Source: a virus
DNA: 52,385 nucleotides
Virus record (IMG/VR): IMGVR_UViG_3300028840_001809
Reading direction: 5' to 3' (one strand)
The notes beneath the pieces were generated by a model, which saw only the letters and a program-made list of their open reading frames with translations, did no database searches and was not told the DNA's origin. This document shows positions 15,780-23,300 of this stretch, in pieces. The first letter of the stretch is position 1; every line of letters starts with the position of its first letter. Both the position numbers and the translations under genes were made by a program.

Positions 15780-15866
15780 GATAGGATCGGAGACGAGTAT
15801 CGAAGGGTCGATACTTCGATCCTATCAGGTCGGTGCGTCACATCTGTGACGTGATCGCGTCACAAA
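15780..15866. promoter_or_regulatory. Dense inverted-repeat region: a nested 10-bp + 8-bp palindrome abutting the xis-like ATG, plus three CGTCAC/GTGACG half-sites
   Basis: GATAGGATCG (15780-15789) pairs with CGATCCTATC (15817-15826). Inside it, AGTATCGA (15796-15803) pairs with TCGATACT (15808-15815). The half-sites are CGTCAC 15836-41, GTGACG 15846-51 and CGTCAC 15858-63. Confidence 0.6.
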
Positions 15867-16265
15867 TCAAGAAAGGACTTCTTCGATAAGAATACCGCCG
15901 TTTCGCGTGAGAACCGCGAGTGGAATGTCGGCGTCAAGAAGTCGTGTTGAGAGTCGCGAGCATGTCTTACGTATCGTGGCATCGGAAACATTACGATGCC
16001 ATACGGCGTCCTGGGCCTCCTCGAAGCTCGTGCGACCATGCTCGTAGATATACTGAAGAAGACCGAACTCTTTATTCCAGAGCCGAGCACTCTGGCTGCC
16101 ATGGTGAACAGTGCGTGAATTCTTAGCGAAAGAGAGATGCGGCCGACTGGTATTTGCGCTGGCAAGATGCGAGTCAGGAATGTCAATCAGGAGCATCCCG
16201 TCGTCACGGCGTATCGAGGTCCGCAGAAACTCAACGGCCTCGTTGTCCGTTAAGGCGAATTGCAT
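15867..16265 (-). CDS. Putative winged-helix transcriptional regulator (OmpR/PhoB-type DNA-binding domain-like)
   Basis: It is 132 aa. LWNKEFGLLQYIYEHGRTSFEEAQDAVWH...DATIRKTCSRLSTRL resembles the Trans_reg_C pattern. Confidence 0.45.
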   Translation of the reverse strand: MQFALTDNEAVEFLRTSIRRDDGMLLIDIPDSHLASANTSRPHLSFAKNSRTVHHGSQSARLWNKEFGLLQYIYEHGRTSFEEAQDAVWHRNVSDATIRKTCSRLSTRLLDADIPLAVLTRNGGILIEEVLS

Positions 16266-16303
16266 TCAGGCGCAGAATCAACGCAGAAGTGGGGAGTCAA
16301 GAA

Positions 16304-16332
16304 CAAAAAAAGGCGGCCCGAATGGGCCGCCT
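16304..16332 (-). terminator. Rho-independent terminator after the XRE gene
   Basis: On the minus strand, the stem AGGCGGCCC / GGGCCGCCT (9 bp, 4-nt loop) is followed by TTTTTTT. Confidence 0.75.
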
Positions 16333-16342
16333 ACGGTACCTG

Positions 16343-16591
16343 TCAGATTGGCGGGCCTAGGCCCTTTAGCTCAATATCCAGTTCGCAGCCAAGGGCGCGA
16401 GCCACAGCCTCGATCGTACTTAGCTTAACGTCACCTGGGCTATCGCCGAGGAGATTGCAAATCGTACTTTCGGCGAGTCCAGTCCTGGAGGCGAGTTCGC
16501 GCTGAGAGATGTCGCGTTCAAACATCTCTCTCCGGATGGCACGGCGAAGTCGAGGCGGCATAGGCATTTGGTACGACGCTCCATTTTTCAT
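16343..16591 (-). CDS. XRE-family (Cro/CI-type) HTH regulator
   Basis: It is 82 aa from ATG 16591; the ORF is open to 16660. ISQRELASRTGLAESTICNLLGD is the XRE HTH. It lies immediately downstream of the integrase. Confidence 0.7.
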   Translation of the reverse strand: MKNGASYQMPMPPRLRRAIRREMFERDISQRELASRTGLAESTICNLLGDSPGDVKLSTIEAVARALGCELDIELKGLGPPI

Positions 16592-16649
16592 GTTGCGACC
16601 TTCTTCTCTAGCATACATCGCAACAGGCTTAGTGTCAAGGCAAATTCCG

Positions 16650-17819
16650 TTAGCCTCCATTGAACAGCCAATTCCGCACTGTGCCGGCGACGACTGCTAG
16701 CCTTTCTAGCTCTTGGAGATTGAGTTGCGAATAGACACGTTTCTGGAGTGACTTGTTCGTGTGCCCCATCGTTAGATCGATCATGGCCTGATCTGGCACG
16801 AGGTCCACAACGGTCCCGTACGTGTGACGTAGGCTCCCTAGGCTCACTGCCCTGGGGCGATCCCCGATTGAGTCCAGTAAGAGGCTGAACGACTTTAGTA
16901 GCACAAGGCCCCCACGTTTCCCGTAACCCTCCCGCCACCTGGACAGCAGTAATCGCTGCTCAAATGAGTTGGCCGGCCTGCGATGGTTGTCCCGGTAATC
17001 CCGAATCGCCTCCACTGTCTCCGGCCACAATGCTGCCATCCGGCGCTGGCTGTTCTTGACGCGCCGGAAGTCGTGGTAGGGAATCTCGCCGTCCAGGTGC
17101 AGGCGATCCATAGGGATGGCGACAGTATCTCCTGGGTAGAAACCGCAGTTGATCCCAAGAAGAATCGCGACCTTCATCTTGGGGTTTGCACGATCCATCG
17201 CCGTGAGAATCAGCTCCCGGTCCAGGAAACGACAGGCACCATTCTGCTCTTGCTCGGCCTCGATGGCATTGAGCGGCGGCGCCACGAACCGCGGGCCGTA
17301 GCGAATTTCCCGATCGATCATCCCCATCTGCCGCCCCCAGTTGAAAATGACCTTGATGGCAATAATGAGGTTCTTCTGGGTCCGCAGGCCGCGCCCGGAT
17401 CGCTCCAGGATGCTCTGAAGCACGGTGAAATGCTCGGGCCCGATAGAGCTAACAGGCATCCCGGAGAGGCGAGCGTCGTCGAACAACTTGCCGGCCACAG
17501 CGTAACCTGATCGCGACCTGAACTTCATCCGGCCGGCGGCGATCCTGCTGTCCACATCAGCCAGGTGCCTGGCGGCCAGCTCGCCAACAGTCAGGCCATC
17601 ATTCCAGGTCGGCGGCTCCAGGCCAGCTTCGAGGTATTCTCGTTCGCTGTCCCAAAGCTTGAGCGCGGCTTGCGGGTCGTCGAGCTTACCGAAGTAGTGA
17701 GTCTTCCCGCGGATCTTCTTCGACCAGCGACCGCTCGGGTGGACGGTTAGTGGGTAGCTCGGGTGCCCCTTCTTCCAGGCTCGATACTCTCGCACTCGTC
17801 TTTGCATTACTGCATTCAT
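16650..17819 (-). CDS. int: Tyrosine recombinase / phage integrase
   Basis: It is 389 aa. The C-terminal catalytic signature is ...LRHTYGT...MGHTNKSLQKRVY. The N-terminal region looks like a SAM-like/arm-binding domain. Confidence 0.85.
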   Translation of the reverse strand: MNAVMQRRVREYRAWKKGHPSYPLTVHPSGRWSKKIRGKTHYFGKLDDPQAALKLWDSEREYLEAGLEPPTWNDGLTVGELAARHLADVDSRIAAGRMKFRSRSGYAVAGKLFDDARLSGMPVSSIGPEHFTVLQSILERSGRGLRTQKNLIIAIKVIFNWGRQMGMIDREIRYGPRFVAPPLNAIEAEQEQNGACRFLDRELILTAMDRANPKMKVAILLGINCGFYPGDTVAIPMDRLHLDGEIPYHDFRRVKNSQRRMAALWPETVEAIRDYRDNHRRPANSFEQRLLLSRWREGYGKRGGLVLLKSFSLLLDSIGDRPRAVSLGSLRHTYGTVVDLVPDQAMIDLTMGHTNKSLQKRVYSQLNLQELERLAVVAGTVRNWLFNGG

Positions 17820-18161
17820 CGCAATTGCATCCCGATTATCAAGTGTACCTTGTTTTGGCGGCAGTCTTTCCTTGATTGACTACCACTACAGAACGGCTGG
17901 GTGTCAAACGGGTGTCTTTCGTTGTTTAGCCGACTTGCCCGGTTCACATAAAGCCTTGTTTGTCAACAGGTGTCGGCGCACCATTCAAGTATATCCTCCG
18001 ATCCCAACACCTGCAACTGTTTTCTTTGGCATTACAGTAAAGTGCTTGTCACACAAAGACTTACGGCGACGGCCTGAATCGCCGTAAGTGACAGAAATGA
18101 GCAGATTTTGCCAGGTACCGGGTGTCTTGACACCCGCGCTGTTTGCTCGCCGAATAGCGCG
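17820..18161. promoter_or_regulatory. Integrase-proximal non-coding region; candidate attP with repeated GGGTGTC sites and hairpins
   Basis: GGGTGTC occurs at 17899 and 17910 (11 bp apart) and AGGTGTC at 17968. There is the palindrome CGGGTGTC-TT-GACACCCG (18119-18136), an 11-bp hairpin (18059-18069 / 18079-18089), and a perfect 22-bp palindrome GCCGAATAGCGCGCTATTCGGC (18149-18170). Confidence 0.5.
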
Positions 18162-18635
18162 CTATTCGGCATCAGGCAGTGTGAGATTAGCGGCAATCCA
18201 GTCTTCAATGAACTCCTTGGTTGCCAGGTGAGCGGTGTCACGAACAGACTGCCAGTTTCCGTGAGTTGAGCGATATTGGCGAGACGCCCAGGTCGTGGCC
18301 GGCAGCTCGCGTGCGACCCGCTCACGGTCAACGCTTCGCTCGAACTGACCGAATTCAACGAGTCTGGCGTTGAGTCGCCCAAGCATCAATATCGGTGCGT
18401 CGGCCGCTGAATCATACGCGGAAGTGGCTTTGATTCCGACAAGCCGCAGCCTAGCTATAACTTCGGCTATCAGTTGGTCTTTCTGCTTTGCATTCCCGTC
18501 ATCAATCCACACAGACACATGTTCAAGGCCACGAAGCCGATGACGATTCAAGTATACAGAAGCGTTTTCCTCTGCCGGTGCGAAACGCGTAAACACTGCA
18601 ACGAGCACGACCACTATCAATACATACCGCCTCAT
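18162..18635 (-). CDS. Secreted hypothetical protein (157 aa); candidate moron / lysogenic-conversion gene
   Basis: ATG 18635 has GAAAGAGG upstream. The signal-peptide-like N-terminus is MRRYVLIVVVLVAVFTRFAPAEE. The gene is bracketed by hairpins and sits next to the attP-like region. Confidence 0.6.
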   Translation of the reverse strand: MRRYVLIVVVLVAVFTRFAPAEENASVYLNRHRLRGLEHVSVWIDDGNAKQKDQLIAEVIARLRLVGIKATSAYDSAADAPILMLGRLNARLVEFGQFERSVDRERVARELPATTWASRQYRSTHGNWQSVRDTAHLATKEFIEDWIAANLTLPDAE

Positions 18636-18670
18636 GTCGTCGCCTCTTTCTTGGGTCATTGCCCCACTCA

Positions 18671-18700
18671 AGTATACCGCGCAAAGAATGAGCCGGCCAA
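18671..18700 (-). promoter_or_regulatory. Possible sigma-70-type promoter for the moron gene
   Basis: On the minus strand: TTGGCC (18700-18695), an 18-nt spacer, then TATACT (18676-18671). The -35 element lies inside the upstream terminator stem. Confidence 0.3.
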
Positions 18701-18714
18701 TCGTTGGCCGGCTC
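18690..18714 (-). terminator. Stem-loop after the holin-like gene (putative terminator)
   Basis: The perfect 11-bp stem GAGCCGGCCAA / TTGGCCGGCTC has a 3-nt loop. On the minus strand it is followed by ATTCTTTG, which is only modestly T-rich. Confidence 0.5.
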
Positions 18715-18742
18715 GAAATCCGGACGAGCTGGAATGTCTGTG

Positions 18743-19012
18743 TCAACGATCGCGGCCAACGAGTGCCGTGATTAGATCGCGAGTCTCCTTGCGCTCCGCC
18801 TCCAGCGTCCGAAGGAATGCCTCCCGCTGGTCCTTCAGGGCCGCCGTGTGGGCCGGGAAGGTCTTAGTTAGCAGATACCAGACGACGCTCCCGAGGATCG
18901 CCAAGGCGCCGCCCTGGACGACGAGCGGAGCGAGTCCGGCCGCCGGGCCCGCGGCGTCCGCGGCGGCCAGCAAAGCCGTAGATGAGAGGACGCTGTAGGC
19001 TGCGAACCGCAT
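18743..19012 (-). CDS. Holin-like membrane protein (89 aa; two hydrophobic segments and a charged C-terminus)
   Basis: AAYSVLSSTALLAAADAAGPAAGLAPLVV and GGALAILGSVVWYLL are followed by KDQREAFLRTLEAERKETRD. It is coupled by a TAATG overlap to the upstream lipoprotein gene. Confidence 0.45.
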   Translation of the reverse strand: MRFAAYSVLSSTALLAAADAAGPAAGLAPLVVQGGALAILGSVVWYLLTKTFPAHTAALKDQREAFLRTLEAERKETRDLITALVGRDR

Positions 19013-19980
19013 TAGGGGCCCTCCTCATAGAACCTTCTCAGCTCATCCGCCGAGCGTACTCCCGACAGCGTATCACCTTTTCGATTGACATAAGCAGGGA
19101 GAGCGCCAATATCATACAACTCAGCAAGAACAGTGTTGTGATCATAGTCGAGCACCTGAATCCCGAGGCCAGAGTCAATGAGTCCCTGGATGATCCCCTT
19201 AGCTTCCTTGCAATGATTACACCAATCGGCAGTAAAGAAGTATCCGAGCATATCCTCTCGGCTGCCAATCAATTCGACTTCTTTTACAAAGTCCTCACAC
19301 CGAACGGCATAGCCGGTACTCTTTCTGTCGGAACCCCAGAGGATACCAACGATCTTACCGTCCATGAAAATGCCTGAGCCAGATCGTCCACCTTTTGGTG
19401 GAGGTACAAACGTAAAGCTCGTAACGCCTCCATTGTAGTTCTTGGACATGCCAACTTCTCCGAGTACGTGACCCTCGAATAGCGATTGCCAGCTCAGACC
19501 AGGGCAGCCAACAGATATAATCACGTCACCAGATTTTACTCCTTCTCTTGCGACCGGGATTGCGTTAGGCAGTACCTCAAATAGCTTGCGCTCCACAGTG
19601 AGTACGGCGGCATCAACTTTCAGAACGCGCACGACTTTCGCTGGGTACTTCTTACTGACTACTCCGTCCACCCAGAACTCGACTTTGGCCGTCTTGTTGC
19701 TTCCGGCGACGTGTCGGCACGTCAGGATATAGACGAACTGCTCATCGATCTTAAAGCATGTACCGGAACCACCGCTGTTTCCAGCGTACACCCGGCAGCA
19801 AGCATCGAGATAGTAGCCGTACTCGTCAGTCGGGTCTTCGACCGGCGGCGCTGGCTCCACGGGAGTTTCCACGGGAGTTTCGATCTGCCAATCTTCGACT
19901 GGCCACACATCACTATTGTCTGGGCAGCCGGCGAAAGCCAGCACAGCCAGCACCCAGACAGCCAGAAAAAGCCTCTTCAT
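19012..19980 (-). CDS. Lipoprotein fusing a trypsin-like serine peptidase domain to a C-terminal thioredoxin-like domain
   Basis: It is 322 aa. It has a lipobox (LAFAGC), the S1-like triad context TCRHV (His), VDAAVL (Asp) and GGRSGSGIF (Ser), then the thioredoxin CxxC motif FFTADWCNHCKEAK and cis-Pro-like ALPAYV. A strong GGAGGGG RBS is present. Confidence 0.65.
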   Translation of the reverse strand: MKRLFLAVWVLAVLAFAGCPDNSDVWPVEDWQIETPVETPVEPAPPVEDPTDEYGYYLDACCRVYAGNSGGSGTCFKIDEQFVYILTCRHVAGSNKTAKVEFWVDGVVSKKYPAKVVRVLKVDAAVLTVERKLFEVLPNAIPVAREGVKSGDVIISVGCPGLSWQSLFEGHVLGEVGMSKNYNGGVTSFTFVPPPKGGRSGSGIFMDGKIVGILWGSDRKSTGYAVRCEDFVKEVELIGSREDMLGYFFTADWCNHCKEAKGIIQGLIDSGLGIQVLDYDHNTVLAELYDIGALPAYVNRKGDTLSGVRSADELRRFYEEGP

Positions 19981-19994
19981 CTGCCCCTCCTTTC

Positions 19995-20369
19995 TTATGC
20001 AGCGGTACGCAACTGACGACGCTCACGAAGCATCTTCAGCAACACCTGGGCGGCCTGGATTGCGAAGAGAATCCACATCGGATTGAATGCGCACTTTTCA
20101 ATGCCATTCTTTGTGGCCGTAAGCTCGATCTTCGCAGTCAGCGCATCAAGCGCATCCCAGACTTCGGCATTACTCAGGACTTGCTCAACGAACGCGAGCG
20201 CTTGGTCGTCCAGCTCAGTCACCGAATACTCGGCGAGCACTTGCAGCGTGTCCACGACAGCCATCGCCCATGGGCGGACTTGCTTCATGTCACGGAAATC
20301 ATCCGGCGTATCCATCAGCGCACGAATCGGAATGCGGCGAACAATGTTCAGTAGTTGCAGCAGTTTCAT
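19995..20369 (-). CDS. Hypothetical protein (124 aa)
   Basis: It has a GAGGAG RBS and a helical, protein-like composition. Confidence 0.5.
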   Translation of the reverse strand: MKLLQLLNIVRRIPIRALMDTPDDFRDMKQVRPWAMAVVDTLQVLAEYSVTELDDQALAFVEQVLSNAEVWDALDALTAKIELTATKNGIEKCAFNPMWILFAIQAAQVLLKMLRERRQLRTAA

Positions 20370-20389
20370 GGTGCTACTCCTCGGGGTTA

Positions 20390-23300
20390 CTACAGGTTAC
20401 CTAAGTTTCTCGCACGCTCCATCGCAGTGTTCCGCTTATATCCTTGCGTCAGCATTCGTGTGAATGCAGCCTTGGCAGCCTCATTGGCCGGCACATCCAT
20501 GTCACGGAGGTACTGCCTGGCTGACTCGACTGTCTCTTTGGTCTTCGGGTTAATCCATCCACGCGGTCCGCGGATATTCCGGGAGGCTGTGGAAGCCTTC
20601 ATGCCGATATGGTCACGGACCACCTTGGCTACGACCTCCGGGAGCCCGCTTGGGTCGGCCAGCGGATTCGGATACCGCTCTAGCGGTTCGCGGTCCAGTG
20701 CCTTACGCGCCAGACCCGTCAGGGCCAGATCGGTCACGCGGCGTTCCTCTGCGCTGCCGGCCTTCGCCTCATTCAACATTTGAGTCATCAGCGAGGACAC
20801 TGCCTCGAAGCGACGCCATCGAGGTAGGTCTTCCTCTCGTTTTGGTTTGCCTCGCTTTTCCAGTAGCCGGTTCGATTCGTGGCGCTGAGCGAGGCGCCCG
20901 CGCTCGGCGTAGAAGTCGTCTACTGATTTTGCGTAATCCCCCCTGAATGTCACCTGTCCCAAACCAGGCACATCGCTCGCCGCCCACTCCTCCTCGCTGC
21001 CAGCCACTTTCTCGACCGGCTTAACTAACCTCCGGTACCCGCCGCCCGTTAGGCCGTCCGCTAAATGATCGATCTTCGCCGGGCTGAGATTCACACGTTC
21101 GCGGCTGTATTCATAAAGGAACATTGCAGCCTGCCTGGCGAGTTTCGTTGTGTGATCGTAGTATTGATCGACAGGTTCGAGTTTCTGGAGTCGTCTCGAA
21201 ACAACTGGCCTATTGCCGAACGAGGAATAATTAAACATCGTCTCGAACAACGGCGTGATACCGGCCGGATAGTTATTCGGCAGCACTGTTCCGATAGCCT
21301 GCTTAAACCACCGCTCAATTGGCTCAGGGTCCTTCTCGTATATTGCATCTAGCATTCGCTCGATAGCCGAGTCAATGAGGCCCCATTCGTGTGGCTTCGG
21401 AATACGGACGATTGGGTTGCCATCTTCATCTGGGAACGTCCAGAACCCGTCCTGCCACTCGGGCCGCTCCCGGTAGTCGTCATCGTTATGCCGGAACCAC
21501 CAGTAAGTCAGCGCTAGCGGGATACGATTCATCACAACACGCAAGGCTGTCCGCCCCGGATACTTTCTGAATGTCCTGACCGTCTTGTCGAAACCTTCGA
21601 GCTGAGCGTTCAGGAACGGGATGTAGTAGTTGAGATACCGGCCCCACTTGCCCATGCGCCGGAAATCCACTGTCACATCATGTGCGGCGTTGATCGCCCG
21701 AATAAGTACAGGCATCGGAGGTGTCTCGCCGCGCTTGGCACGATCAAGCCAGCCCTCGCGATGGAGCACCTGCGCGAACTCCGCGAGCCGGGAAGCAACC
21801 TCTGGCGTCCCGGCGATATTCAAGCCAGTCGCTAGGTAATCTTGGCGGCCGGCTCTAGCGCGGCGCACCCCTTTTCTGAGTCTGTCGCGGTCGAGGCCAG
21901 TGTAGGTGGATAGCTCACCGCCCATCCGCTTATAGAGTCGCACAACCGGATCGCCTACCTCTCCAGATGCGGCGCGCATTTCAGATAGGACGTAGGCCGT
22001 CGCCCAATGTGCTGGGTCGAATACACCACGTAGTCCCCTTTCTCCCTGTATCAGGAAAGTTTGCAGATCGCGTAGAGCGTTCGTGAGAATGAAGTCAGGA
22101 TTGGCTCGCGTTGCCCCGATCTTGACCGCCTTGTTTAGTCCCCTGAAGACCCGCGTAACGATTCCGAGATTCTGAAGCGTATCGAGCCCGCCGAGTGACT
22201 TGTGCAGCTCCGGGTGTAGCTGGTAGAACTGCTGCTGCCCATCGATCATAATCCTGGCGATCGGCTCGCCGCTCTTATCAGTCATTAGATCCGGGCGCCA
22301 GACGGTTAGCGCAGTATACGGATTGACTTGACTGAGGATCGTGTCAATCTCTTCCTTAGTGAATCCGCCCTCCCCGAATTCGTCGGCCAGTATCCCGGAT
22401 AGTTGATCCTTGATCTCACTGATAGTGAATTTCGTCGGCAGGTTCTTTGTCGGCACCCTCTCTACCCAGATACCGAGCCCCTTAGTTTCCCTGGCAACCC
22501 GCACGATCTTGTCGGTAACGACTTGCTTTGCCGCTCGCTCATAGAGCTGAATGGCCCGCGAGAGCGTCGCTTCAAGCGGATCAATGATTTGGAGGCCGCT
22601 ACCACTACGGCCCCGGAGCGGCTTTGACAGGTCCACGAGTTTCCTGCCGCCGCCAACACCACCCCTGCGCCTTGCCCTGCGGAGCGGAATATACGTTTGA
22701 TAGTACCCTTTGATTTTGGCGGCCTCTGCTACCTCAAGGGCACCTGAGTCAACCAGTACATCGATCAGAGCATCATTGAATGCCGTAATCTTCGCGGCAG
22801 CTCGCTCATACCTCGGATCGTAGAGTTGCTTCTGCGTCTCCTGGGCGTCCTGGAGAGTGATACCCGGATCTTTACCTTTACTCCATGACTCAACTGCGTG
22901 GCGTGCGTAAGCCCAGGCCACGAAATTCTCATAGTCCTCGTCATCCTCGATCTCGGCCAGCGCTTCGATGAGTGACGGGCCAATCATTTGATGGTCAGAC
23001 AACCGGAAGACACCGTGCTCAATCGCATTTGCGGCGAAGTGCGGCCCAATCTGACGCAGCGCTGAGTAGTCCTCGAACGGGTCGGTTTCCTTGCCGGGTA
23101 TATACCCGCGCTTCTTCGCCTCCTCGACGAACCTCGCGACCGGCCGACCCTCTTCCTTAATGCGAGTGTATAGGAGCTCTTTCCACTCATTTACACGCTT
23201 CTTGAGTGGCGGCTGTATCTCCGCCACGTCGCGGCCGGTCTTACTGATCTGCCCCTTCACTCGGCCGACTGCGCCAGCCCGGCGGTAGGCATCGAAGAGT

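Noticed and set aside
18058-18069. 12-mer GACTTACGGCGA shared between the attP-like region and the hub (48125-48136)
   Set aside because: By my estimate, tens of chance 12-mer matches are expected in a 52-kb genome on two strands. The flanks do not extend the match.
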